This document shows, one piece after another, positions 38,101 through 51,700 of a stretch of 64,000 nt of DNA; the stretch's first letter is position 1, and every line of letters begins with the position of its first letter. The stretch comes from Hypanus sabinus. Taxonomy: Eukaryota. The translations under genes and the position numbers were made by a program. The notes beneath the pieces are model-generated. The model saw only the letters and a list, made by a program, of their open reading frames with translations, was not told the origin of the DNA and made no database searches. The stretch lies in assembly GCF_030144855.1 (NCBI RefSeq), contig NC_082722.1, positions 27,652,001 to 27,716,000 of the forward strand, read 5' to 3'.

Positions 38101-39569
38101 GGGGCGTTGCTTCCTACCCCCGAGCAAAAGCAATCAGGCTGATCAAAGTTCTCGGCCCGAAAATGCAGCAGTTAATTCCTCTCCATTAATATTGTCAGAC
38201 CTGCTAAGTTCCTGCGAGGTTTTGTGTTTATTACTCTGGATGACAGCATCCCCAGAATCTTTTGTGTTTATGATTTTCTAGCCTGTTGTCACAGACAGGA
38301 AATGTAGAGTATACGGAAGCGTTGCTTCAAAGAGGGACATTCGGCTGTACATGGATAGTCTCCTGAATAGACGAAACAACAGCATATCAGACAGAAGGGC
38401 CTTTAGCCTACGTGCCCTCTTGAATGTGTATTAACGAGTGTTGGGACGTCATGTTGCAGCTGTAGCTATTGACTAGCCGCACTTGAGGTGTTGCGTGCTC
38501 TTCTGGACATGACAAGATAGAATGCACGTGGCAGAGTTAGAAAGATTGCAGTAGAAATACACCGGGACATTGGCTTGAACGGGAGACTGTAGTGGCATGG
38601 AGGGATTGTATAGAAATGGGTTGTTCACTGTGGAATACAGCGGACTGGAGGATAACATGAGATTTGGATAAACATTGCTACAGTCATTAATATAGTGGAT
38701 ACTCATAGTCAATTTCCCATGCCTGGAGAATTAAAGCTAGAGGATATCGTTCTGAATTGAGAGAAAAAATATTTAAAGGAGAACTCTGCATGGCAGGGTG
38801 TTCACACAGAGGAGGTTAGATTCATGCAACATGTTTCCAGAGGATAAAGGATGAAAGAAGGGAAATTAACAGTTGCATAAATATTTCGTTCCGAATGGTA
38901 GAGACTGTCCTCTTCTGTGCTGTACACCATGTTTCAAGTTCTTGTTTTAGCTAAAGATCTGCAACAAAGTTTTCAGGCAGGTCAACAGGAAGTTACAAAT
39001 AGCAGTAAATAGAAATGCACGAACAAGCCTAATGATATCATGGAAAGCTTTTGTGGGTAAAGTTTGCATGTAGCTCAGAAAATCGATTTGCAGACGCGTT
39101 TATTTTTATGCTCGATGCTTAGGTTACAGACAGTGGCTCAAAGTTAAAATAAGTGACGTCGAACCCTCTTCCTCTCAACTAAATGAGTCTCATGTTGTTC
39201 TGCAAGGTCCGTGTTTCAATTCTAAGGCTTGAGCAGTCTGCAAAGTGAAAAATGTGAGGCGTCATCACAACATCAAATAAAATACAACTCTAACGTTTTA
39301 ACTCTTGACTATATCGATTGCAGAACCAATTATACTTCACAGTACTACAGAAAAACTCATAACGATATTAATGTCAAGAGAAACATTTTGTTTATACAGC
39401 TGTCAAAGCCTGAGGTGGCATCAATGGGGAGGAATGAACAGTTGACATTTCGCGCCAAGAACCTCGACTACCCTGTCAGGAGCGAATACATAGAGAAGGA
39501 TTGAGAATTATTTTCATCAGAATCAGAAAATACTGGAATCTAGTCGGAATTTTGTCAATGTTTTTCCAT

Positions 39570-40150
39570 ATAGAAACATAGAAAACTTACAACACGTTAC
39601 TGGCCCTTCGGCCTGCAAAGTTATGCAGAACATGTCCCTACCTCAGAAATTACTAGGCTTACCTAGAGCCCTCTATTTTACTGAGCTCCATGTACCTATC
39701 TAAAAGCCTCTTAAAATACCCTATCGTATCGGCCTCCACCACCATTACAGGCAGCCCATTCCACGCGCTCACCACTCTCTGAGTAAAAAAGTTACCCCTG
39801 ACATCTGCTCTGAACTTACTCCCCAGCGCCAGAAACCTGTGTTTTTTTTGTGGCAACCATTTCAACCCTGGGAAAAAAGCCTCTGACATGATCAATGCCT
39901 TTCATCATCTTGCACACCTCTATCAGGTCACCTCTCATCCTCCTTTGCTCCACGGAGAAAAGGCCGAGTTTACTCAAACTATTTTCATAAGGCCTGCTGC
40001 CCAATCCGGGCAACATCCTTGTAAATCTCCTCTGTACCCTTTGTATGGATAACCTATTCATCCTGTAGTAAGGCAACCAGAACTGAGCACAGTACTCCAA
40101 ATGTTGTTTGACCAGGGGCCTGTATAGCTGCAATGTTAGCTCTCCGTTCC
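39570..40150 (-). mobile_element. CR1 LINE 3' fragment
   Basis: ORFs 39816-40133 (LYRPLVKQHLEYCAQFW) and 39659-39895 (FFTQRVVSAWNGLP). Confidence 0.85.
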
Positions 40151-40479
40151 TAAATTCAATTCTATTACGGATGTCTGAAGATACCCTTAAAAACAGAAGT
40201 GGCCTTCCTGGGAAGAAAGTTTTTTTATTTGGGTGATGAATTACAACACCGAGGTAGATTCTGGACTGACTTCCCTCTGCAAATGACTATGAAGCGTTGT
40301 CAAACTGGCACTGACATGAGCAGATCCCTGTGTGAAGACAATATTGAGTTTTCAATCAAAAAAGTAAATCTAAATGGAAGGAAAATCATCTTTCAGGACA
40401 AGACAACATGAAACTTATACGTGAGAGATATAATTTATCACGGCCGTTCAGGACCGCAAAAAGTCCGTCTTGGTGAGGC

Positions 40480-41200
40480 AACACTTTCATTTCCGAATCT
40501 TTTATGTTTCTCTACTCTGTCCGGTACTTCCAACGCGGCCTCCTCTACGTTGGTACGACCCAATATAAATTAGCGGACCGCTTTTTCAAGCATCTCCACT
40601 GCATCCACTAAAAGTGGTAATTCCAGTAGCCAGTCATTGTCCTTCCTATCCCTATTCTTGTCGTGACCTTTTGGTTTTAGGTTTCTCCTTCTGTCACCAT
40701 GTTGCTACTCTTTGGTTTGAGGACTAACGCCTTAGTTTCAGTCTACGCTGCCCCAACCTGATGGCATGAAGACCGATTTCTGCTTTCATTATTTTTTCTC
40801 TCTCCATTCCGTATTCTTCTCTTCCACACTCTGGCCTCCTACGTCTTCTCCACACCTGCCTATATCCTTTCCTTGGTGCCCTTCCTCCTTCCCTTTCTCC
40901 CTTGGTCTACTTTCCTATCCAGCAAATTCCTTCTTCTACAGTATTTTTCCTTTTCTATCTATCACCCCCCAGATTCTTACTTCATCGCCTCTCCCCCTCT
41001 CACCTGGCTTTACCAATGAAATTCTAGTTAGACCTTCTTAAACACTCCCACGTTTATATCTGTCATCTTTCCTCTTCCTTTCCAATGCTGATAAAGTGTC
41101 TTGGCCCGAAATATCGGCTGTTTATTCTCTTCCATATATGCTTCTTTCCCGACTAAGTTCCTTTACAATGTTGTGTGTGTTATTCTGGATTGCCTGCAAC
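40480..41200 (+). mobile_element. Penelope-like element 3' remnant
   Basis: Degenerate GIY-YIG end, pyrimidine tract, ctgataaagtgtcttggcccgaaatatcgg. Confidence 0.6.
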
Positions 41201-41359
41201 TCTGCAAAATCTCTTCTGTTAGTGATGCGAAAACTCTTTTAAGAGCATTTGAACAATATGTTTGACATATGCGGAAAATGAGAATACTGTAAACTAAAGT
41301 TAACATGTTGGATCGGATGGAGATAGCTGGAGAGAAGAGAAGGGAAGAAGGAGCATACA

Positions 41360-42530
41360 GTAACAAGTAATGCTGAGTTCCCTTTCGTCTTAGACACAAT
41401 TTTCAATGTTATGAATGAAGAAATACAAGACCATAACCTCGTTGCTTCTTTGTGTCACTTCTATAGACCCTGTGTCCGTCTTCCGAGTAAATTCAGATGC
41501 AAAGAATCCTTTTACGATCTCCCCAATCAATTTTGGCTCCAAGCATAGATTATCATTCTGATCTCCCAGGGGGGCATTTTTGTATCTTATAATCCTTTTG
41601 CTCTCAACATATCTGAACCTACCAATCCAACTGTATTTCACACATTGCTACCGAGCCCACCTCTACATTCCGGTACATCCAACTATTACCAATCTCGTTT
41701 TTGCTAGAAAAACTTTCTCTAGACCCATTTTAAATATTTTCTATCACACCTTGAATTGATGTATTTTCATTTTCGATTAATCTATCCTGGGTAAATGACT
41801 TTAACCTAAGTCTGCCTGCTCCCCTCGTAGCTTTATATTCCTATATAAGGTCATCGCTCAACCACTTGTACTCAAGGAAGAATAACCCCAGACTCTCCCT
41901 GCAGCTAAAATCTTGCTGTCCTGAAAACATATTCGTGAGTCCTTTTTGCCGTGTGTTAAGGACTGTCATGAGTTTCCTATAACTGGGCGATCAGTAATGC
42001 ACAGAATCCTCCTAGTGTTTCAACAACGATGTGTATAGTATAACTGGACATCCCAGACCCTGCATTCATTGCCCCAACTGTTGTGTGAAGAGTCACAAAT
42101 ACCTTCTTTATCTTTCTTTCCACCTCCATTGCTACTTGCCCTCGGTCACTGTGTTCTACTTCAAACCCCAGGGCAATTTACTGTCTAATTCTAGCTTTAT
42201 TTTAACCAACCAACATGCAACATTTTTCCATTATCCAAGTTAAATTCTAACTGAACTTGAAGGTCCACTTTCCCAGTTCATTGTCTTGGTGAGCTATTGA
42301 TTTCTATTGAATCAGCAATTTCGTTGCCTCCCCGAAGTTATTAATTATGGCAACAATATTATCCTCTTGTGTTCCAGAACAAGATGACAAAGATTACTGA
42401 AACCTGAACTGTCCTCTTCAGTATATCATCAATTGCAGGCCTTCATTCTCCACTATCTCCTTCTGATGTTATACTAAACCAATTCGGTGCTCTAGTATTC
42501 AGTCGGCTGATTAACCCTGGTTGCCATGTC
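41360..42530. mobile_element. Old LINE debris bounding the 3' end of gene B
   Basis: CR1-like remnants (e.g. ORF 41390-41641 GPLxDQNxNLCLEP..EFTR); homology with gene C stops at ~42530. Confidence 0.5.
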
Positions 42531-42551
42531 ATCTGGCTTTCTCGTCATCTT

Positions 42552-42736
42552 TTACCTGCCGCAGTTATTTCCCTTTTCCTCCTTTCCACAACAGTTTCCG
42601 CAGGGACAACTGTCACCTTTGTACTCCTCGGGCATTACGGACAATTGAAGCAGCGTTGTGTGGGTCAGTTTGTCATCGGTTCGCATGCACTCACAGAGAT
42701 ATCCATGCTTAGGTCGTAATTGATCATAGTATTCCT
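42552..42736 (-). CDS. Gene B cytoplasmic exon
   Basis: GTAG|(E)EYYDQLRPKHGYLCECMRTDDKLTHTTLLQL..SCPCGNCCG..CGR*; phase matches the TM donor; open in B and disrupted in C. Confidence 0.6.
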
Positions 42737-45700
42737 CTACCAACAAGTATGTGAAAAGCAAGAGGATAAACCGTTGGAGATTAGGACCAATCAAGAGTGA
42801 CAGTGTTAAAGTGTATATGCAAACAGAGGAGATAGTAGAGGTACTTAATGCGTAATTCGCATCAGTATTCACTACGGAAAAGGATCTTGGCGATTGTAGG
42901 GATGCCTTAAAGCGTATTGAAAAGCTTGAACATGTAGATATTAAGAAAGAGGATGTGCTGTAGCTTTGGGAAAACACCAAGTTGGATAAGTCACCAGGAC
43001 CGGACGGGATGTACCTCAGGCTACTGTGGGAGACGAGGGAGGAGATTGCTGAGCCTCTGGCGACAATCTTTGCATTATCAATGTGGAGGTTCCAGAAGAT
43101 TGGTTTGCTGATATTGTTCCTTTATTCAAGAAAGGGAGTAGGGATAATGCAGGAAATTATTGGCCAGTGAGTCTTGCTTCAATGGTTGGTAAGTTGATGG
43201 ACAAGATCCTGAGAGGCAGGATTTATTAACATTTATAGAGGCATCATGTGATTATGAGTACTCAGCATGGCTTTATCAAAGGCAGGCCGTGCCTTACGAG
43301 CCTGATTGAATTTTCGGAGTATGCGACTAAACACATTGATGAAGGTAAAGCATTGGAAGTAATGTATATGGATTACAACAGGGCTTTTGAGAAGGTACTC
43401 CATGCAAGGCTTATTGGAAAAATAAGGAGGCATGGGATTCAAGGAGACATTGCCGTGTGGATCCAGGACTGGCTTTCCCACAGAAAGCAAAGTGTGGTTA
43501 AGGACGGTTCATTTTCTGCATGGAGGTCGGTGACCATGGTGTGCCTCACGGATCTGTTTTGGGACTTTTAATCTTCGTGATTTTTGTAAATGACTTAGCT
43601 GACGAAGCGGAGGGATCGGTTGGTAAGTTTGTTGATGACACAGCGGTTGGAGGTGTCTTTTAAGAGACTCCTGGACAGATACATGGAGCTCAGAAAAATA
43701 GAGGGTTATGGGTATCCCTAGGTAATTTCTAGGGTAAGGATATATTCGTCACAGCTTTGTAGGCCGAAAGATATGCATTATGATATAGGTTTTCTATGTT
43801 ACTGTGTTTCTAATATACCCCTCTAAGAAGCAAACTTTACAGCTGTTTCACCTACCAGTTCTTCGCTCTGACTTGCTTCTTCAGAGGTTATTTTAATACC
43901 TAATGGATTTAAAAATATACAACACCTTAAATAATAGCAGTAATGTTAGAAGTTGCACATTGCATATTTCTTCCCGAATGTTGAAACTCTTGACAGCTAT
44001 TCAAAATAGTATCGGCGTACATTGTAGCCATGACAAATGTTGTGTATGACCCTTCATGAATGTGATTTTGATTGAAAGAGTAGAGTGGCGATAGCAGAAC
44101 ATCAGTCATGTTTTATCTCAAAAGAACGAAACTATAGCAGTAAGAGTATTATTACTTGTGTAAAATCGCCGCAGTAAGTCACAGCTGGAAAACCCCTGGT
44201 GACTGAGAAAATTAGGTCCAAGTGATGATTGGGTAACTTGTACGGGAATGTAAATTATCCTGTTATTTATAATTATTATTGTCAAATGTAAATCCGATAA
44301 TGCCTTGGAAATATTGATTCTCTAATTATCATTTCTCTTTTCAGCCTGTAGAGGTAATAAATTGAAATGCTTGTCAAATCATGCATTTTCTTACCACGGT
44401 TTGCCTTATCTCCGCTTCTTATCAAAATTATCATCAGAATAACAATTGCCAGTCCGCCCAATGCACATCTAAGAATCAGGAGTTTATTCCTGTCTTCTGG
44501 ATTATGTAAAAAAAAAGAAGACACTGTGAAACATATATAAATATATAGAGAGGGTGAGACAAGAACCTAGAGCGTTTTAATGTGTAATTCAGGCTCGAAC
44601 ATATTGCAACACATGTAGTATGACACGAGGTTTAATGTGATGAAGGGACTTATGGAGCGAACAGATCATTTGACATCATGGTTCTTTACACGAAATGCCA
44701 GAGGAAGTCAGCAGCCCAGGTAACATCTGTGGAAAAAAGTTGTTGACGTTTCGGGGCAAGACCCCAGCATTTTCTGTGTGTTGCTTGTTGATCTAGCATC
44801 TACAGATAATCTCTTGTTTGTGTTTTGGTTCTTTACAATGAGTATTTTAAACTGAATTAAGAAAAATTTTCTTTTTCCAATGCCTTTGCAGATAGTTTGA
44901 TAGCCGATACGAAATGACTTCGTTTGTTTCCAAACTGTCACTCGAAAACTCTCTCGGCAGCTCCCATGAGCAAACAAGAGAAAATGACTTTTTTATTTTC
45001 ACAGAAGTCACAATATGAATTAATAGAATATTAAAAAGCATAATCAGAACCATATATGAGAAGCGACTAGATACTTGGTGAAAACAGGGGAGAGAAACGA
45101 ACAGGTTCAGATTAAGTATTAAAACAAAGACTCTTATAGAGAGAATTCCAGTTTTAAGTGCAGAGGTAGCCAAAGGCGTAGAACTGCGCAAATAAAGAAA
45201 AGAGCAGAGTATAGAAAAATGGACGTGCTTAAATATCATTTATAAATATATGAAACATAAATATGATTTGACTATAAGAGCAACCACCTTCAAAATTATG
45301 CTAGATCCTCTCTCACTTTCCTATACAGTTCTGATGTTTCGATTCTCAACTGGTATGAAATACAATACATCCGTCTCGGATGTTTCCGATGAATACACAT
45401 GCCCAATATTAGGAGGTAGAAATTACAAAGATGTGCCAAACTCTCAGTGAAGAAACCCCTCAGTGCCGACTTCATCACGACAACGAATCTAGCTCTGGCC
45501 GAAGGAAACTGCCACTTAATATTCTCAGCTGAATAGTTAGTTCGTACTTTCAACTCATAAATCTTTTGAACTACCTTACATAAAATTCACTTTTACACAC
45601 AATTTACCAAAGTAAAACATATGTTTCAAGTTATTTACCCAAAGGTAATAAATACGCATTTCCTCACGATCTTCCGTTAATAATTTTTACCTAACAAATG

Positions 45701-48700
45701 GCTAAAGGTTAACGGCAAAGTGCACGATGGTTGACTTTCCAAAAACATATGCAAAGGTCAATTGGATAGAGAGAGTAATGGAACTGAATTGCATAAGATA
45801 TAATAGCACATCCATGTCATATGCTTTCTGCTGCATTAATATAATGTAGAATTAAAAAGTTATGGTGATTATAAAGAGAACTTCTGGTCACACCATTTAT
45901 TGGTGAAAATTTCCAGCATTCTCGAAAAATTCTCAATCTGTGGGTAAATAGAGCTGGGTTGGAATAATAGGGAAAGAAATGGAATTGCATTGTACTCCAG
46001 AATACATATCCATGACATTGCCACAGGTCGTTATTTCAGTAATTCTGATGGGGTGTATACTTTATATTACCTCACCTTCTTTTGAAACCATTGCCAGAAA
46101 GCGATCAATTCTGTCATCCAAATCATTGATAATAACTTGAAAAGAACTAGTTCCAACACCAACCCCTGCGGAACACAACTAGACAACCAGAAAATCATAA
46201 TCCCGATTATATATAAAGAACTCCACGCAGGGCCTAATATTTCTTCACATTTCTTCCTGGGCAAAAGTAATAATAAAATCTACTTCATCGACCATGTACC
46301 TCGACTTCTGTCGAAATACCTCTTTTGGCATCTTAGTTTTAATCATTTACTTAAATATATCGGAATGTTTGCTGTGTAATAGGCTATGCATAAATTCAAG
46401 AATTTCGTAAGAACGTAAGAAATAGGAGCAGCTGTAGACCATCTGGCCCATCGAGAATATAAGATCATGGCTGATCTGACGAGAGACACATCTCCATCTA
46501 CCTGCCTTTTCCCATAATGCTGAATTCAACTGTTGCGCGAAAATTTATCCAACCTTGTCTTAAGTACATTTACTGAGGTAGACTGCACTGCTTCATTGGG
46601 CAGAGATTTCCACAGTCAGATTCACTGCTCTTCGGGAAAAGCAGTTCCTCCCAATCTCTATCTTGATGTTACTCCCCCGAATCTTGAGGCGAGAGCGCCA
46701 GTTCCATTCTCAAGTGATAACCCTAGTCTCAAGTAGTCCCTAGTACTAATAACTTTCCTGGCTCTATCTTATCTCACCGTTTTTATAGTTTTATGTTTCC
46801 ATAAGAGTTCCTGTCATCCTTCTGAATTCCAAGGAGTACAGTCCCAGGCGACTAAATCTTTCCTCATAGTTTAATCCTCTCATCGCTGGAATCAACTTGG
46901 TGAACGCCCTCTGCACTACCTCAAGTATAATCATTCCTCAAGTAAGAAGACTAAAAATGCACGCAGTACTGTGGGTGCTGCCTCAGCAGTACCCTATACT
47001 GCGGTAGCAAAACCTCCTTCCTCTCAAATTCAGTCCCTCTAGCAATGAAGGCCAGTATTCTATTTGCCTTCTTGATAGCCTGCTGCAATTGCACACCAAA
47101 CGTTTGCGATTCATGCACAAACACTCCCAGCACAGAAGTATGCTGCAACCTTTTATCATTTAAATAATAACCTGTTCTTCCATTTTCCTTCCAAAGTAGA
47201 TGACCTCGCATTTACCCACATTGTACTCTATCTGTCAGACATTTACCCACTCACTGAACATATCTATATCTCTCTGCACAATTTGTTTGTCCACTCAATT
47301 TATAGACAACAGACAATAGGTACAGAAGTAGGCCATTCGGCCCTTCGAGCCTGCACAGCCATTTTGAGATCATGGCTGATCATCTACTATCAATACACGG
47401 TTCCTGCCTTGTCCCCATATCCCTTCATTCCCCTATCCATATCTATCTAGCTCCTTTCTGAAAGCTTCCAGAGAATTGGCCTCCACTGCCTTCCGAAGCA
47501 GTGCATTCCAGACCCCCACAACTCTCTGGGAGAAGAAGCTTTTCCTTAACTCTGTCCTAAATGACCAACCTCTTATTTTCAAACCATGCCCTCTGGTACT
47601 GGACTCTCGCAGCATCTGGAACATATTGCCTGCCTCTATCTTGTCCAATCCCTTAATAATCTTAAATGTTTCAATCAGATCCCCTCTCAACCTCCTTAAT
47701 TCCGGCGTGTACAAGCCCAGTCTCTCTAACCTCTCTGCGTAAGACAGTTCAGACATCCCAGGAATTAACCTCGTGAATCTACGCTGCACTTCCTCTACAG
47801 CCAGGTTGCCCTTCCTTAACCTTGGAGACCAAAACTGTGCACAATACTCCAGGTGTGGTCTCACCAGGCCTCTGTACAAATGCAAGAGGATTTCCTTGCT
47901 CTTGTACTCAATTCCCTTTGTAATAAAGGCCAACATCCCATTAGCCTTCTTCACTTCTTAATTTTAGTGTCATCAGCAAACTTAGATAAAGAGCTCACCA
48001 CTGATAGCCAACCACAGGAACACCTATGTATCAGAACTCACTGCTTTTTATTTGCTAGCCAAGTCTCTATCCACGCTAATACATCACCCACAACTCTATG
48101 CATTGCTATCTTAGGGATACGTCTTTTCTGTGGCACCTTATCGAACGTCTTCTGTAAATCCAAGTATACAAAGTCCACCTGTTCCCCTCTCTCCAATGCG
48201 CTTGTTATATCATCAAAAATCTCAAGTACGTTTGTCAAACAGGACCTGCCTTTGCTTCACACATGCTGCGTCTGTCTGATGGATCTATTTCTCTGAGATG
48301 GTTCCCTATTTCTTATTTGATGACTGCCTCAAGCATTTTCCCAACTACAGGTGTTAATTAACTGGCCTATAGTTACTTGTTTTTAGTCTATGTCTTGTAT
48401 TGAACAGTGGCGAATGTCATTCGCCTTCTTCCAACCCGCCGAGAGCTGCCCAGAGTCCAGAAAATGTTGGTAAATTATCACCAAAGCCCAACTATAAGCT
48501 CTGCTATTTCTTTTAGTACCCTGAGATTTGTCTATCTTTTGACTCACAAGACTACTCACAATAACCTCTTAAATGATAGCTATTGTACCGAGGTCCTCAC
48601 CTCCCGCTGCACCCTATTTTCTCTCTTCGGTACGTTAGACATGCCCTCCACCATGAAACCCGACACAAAATAGTCATTCAAAGCTTCGGCCAATTTCACA

Positions 48701-51700
48701 TTGTCCAATATCAATTCCCCTTCTCGTCCTCCAAGGGACCTACGTTCACTTTGGCCACCGCTTTATATAATTATAATTTTTTACTGTCCGTTTTAACATT
48801 TTATACTGGTTTATTTTCATAAACTACATTCCCTTTCTTCATTGCTTGCCTAATAGTTCTTTGTTGCATTTTAAAGTTTTCTCAGTCTTCCAGTTTCCCA
48901 CTACTCGTGGCGACTTCGTACGCACAAGCTTTTAGTTTGACACCTTTTACTTCATTTGTTATCCAAGGCTGGCTCGCCCCGCCCTTACTGCCCTTGCTTT
49001 TAAATGGAATATGCTCTTATTGAGCATCGTGAAAAATCTCTTTGACGCTATTCCACTGTTTTTGAAACGTCCCACCATATAGCCTGTATTCCCAGTCCAC
49101 CCTGCCCAGCTCTTCCCTCATCATTTTGTCGTCTCCCTTGATTAGGCATAACATACTGCTTTTAGATAGAATTATTGAGCCCAACATTTGTATGAGAAAG
49201 TCATGCTGTGATTACTCCTTCCAAGAGGATCGCTAACTACAAGGTTGGTAATTTTACTTCTCTCATTGTGCAGCGCTGGATCCAAGACACCGTGTTCCCT
49301 TATAGGTTCAGCAACATGCTGTTGAAGAGAGAGAGCATGTACGGATTCTCGGAAGTCCTCCTCAAGACCCCCTCGACTAACTTGATTCACCTAATCCATG
49401 TGAAAGTTGAAGTCCAGGATACCTACTGTTCCATTCTTACATGCCTCAGATATTTCTCGGTTTATTGCCTGTGCCACTGTAATGTTATTATTCGGTGCCC
49501 TATAGACATTTCCCACCAACGATTTTTTTCCCTTTACTATTCCTAATCTCTACCCCGATGGATTCAACATTCTGCACCTGAGATCTTATATCGTCTCTCA
49601 CTATGCCCTGATCTCATCTTTAAGTAAGGGTGCTTCCCCACCTCCCTTACCGTCCTGCCGTATTACCTGATATCTTTTGATATTTAATCAACGATTCCCT
49701 CCATTCTACAACCACGTTTCTGTATAAGCCGCTAAATCATGCGTTCATATACTGACTTGTGCCACAATTTCACTGACCTTGTTCTGGATACTAGAGACAT
49801 TCAGTTAAAGTGCACTTACACATATTGTGCCTTTAAAATCTAGTGAGCTTTGTCTCTTAGGCGCTTGATGTTTCTGCATTCCACCCTCACTTTTCTCTTT
49901 TTCCAACTTTTGCTTTTACTTTATTTTTATCCACACATTTCTATTTTACCTTATCCATACTTCTCCAATCTGGTGAACCGTGCTCCATGCTACTTAGTTT
50001 AAAAACCCTATAAAACCACCCAAGTTAAGCGATTCGCCAGGATCCAGGTCCCATCCCGGTTCAGGTGGAGCCCGTCCGAATGGAACATCTGCCTCGTTCC
50101 TCAATACTGGTGCCAGTTTCCAAAGAATTCAACCCCACTTCTCCCACACCAATTCTTGAGCTACGCATTTAACTGTCTAATCTTCTTAACCCACTGCCAA
50201 TTTGTACATGGCTCAGGTAGTAATCCAGAGATTACCTCTTTTGTGTTCTGCTTTTTAAGTTCGTCACATGTTGCTCAAAATCCCTCAGCAGGATCTCTTT
50301 CCTAGCTCTATCTTTGTCGTTGACCCCCACATTTCCAGGCAGGCTGCAAATTATGTAAAAACAAAACACACGCTAACATTTCCCCGTTGAAAAACAAATC
50401 AGATTTCACATTTTTTTCTCGAGTTTGTACAGCTCTCCGGGCATCTTCTATTGAAGTTTGCTTTAAATGCTTACGGTCTTACCTTGTTCAATAATATAGC
50501 TGAAACTGGCAGGAATTTTCAGCGTTTCGTGAGATACCAGACAGGTGTAAACCATTTTGCCCTGAGCAGGCTGCGCATACTCCAAAATACTGGAAGCCTG
50601 ATAAAATCCTTCTGAAGTTTCATTTATTGACGTTTCTATGTTGGTAAGAATGTCCATATTATTCCTTCGCCAAAAGACGTCTATTTTTTTCGGATAAAAT
50701 GCTGCAGTTTTACACATGAGTTTCCGGGGTTTAGATGATGTTTCTTCAACACGAATGATTTTCAGAGGAGTTGGCGGAGCTACAAAAGAATAAAACCGAC
50801 ATAGAATATTTAGCTATTATTTGAAAGCACGCATTCTTCGACTCACGCTACCACTCTCAATGTTATCATTGCGGTCGTTTGAAATCGCCTGAATTTGTCA
50901 TTTATTAATTGTTTCATGGGGCAGATAAACATGACAAAGCAGGTGTGTTGGTGCCAGGTGGGGAACACATGCCTGTTTGGAATGAACGTAGTGGATTAGC
51001 GCGTGCTAGTATTGAGTTTATTTCTTCTTCAAACTGGCCATTTTTGTCCCTAACTCTGCACTTGTAGGTCAATTTTGTATTCACGCAAAATGACAGTCAG
51101 TGAATCTACATAACTATGCTGTTCTCAATGGGCTCGGCATGGTGGAGCAGCACACGGATGAAGCTGTTTCTCTCACTGTATAGGTTTTACGCACACGTCC
51201 CGTAATTGACATTAATGAAATGGGTTTGTTTGATTTTGAGCTTTCGATGGAAGGTGACTATATTCCTCTCTGAATTTACTGAATTGTAGATTACGGTGTT
51301 TCGATATTCCCCGTTCCCCAAAAGTTCATCGAGAGTTTGGCAGAGTGAACGATGTTTACTAATTACTTATAAATATTTGCAGCTATGCGTTTAAGCAAAT
51401 GCAGGATAGAAATCGGCGAAATACGTGGAGATGTGGTAGTATAAAAGGAGGCTGAAGAACGAGCGGATATCATTTAACCTCGACAATGCTTCGCTTTCAA
51501 TTAGATGGTTTGTGATTTGCCATTCGACACAATTTGTTTACAGCTCCCAACATCGAATTAGCTAACCAGAATGAAATTCGTCGGCAAAAATTAGGTTCAT
51601 CCGCTGTTTAAGGTTTTTGTTTGTTTAAAGTCGTTGGGGCTGGTTGAGGTATATGTCCAGGCGGGGACAGGGTGGGACGTTCTTTAGGAATATAGGCATA

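Noticed and set aside
44847-45239. 130-aa hydrophobic ORF in the gene B intron
   Set aside because: Antisense of an A-rich tract; no motif and no splice support.
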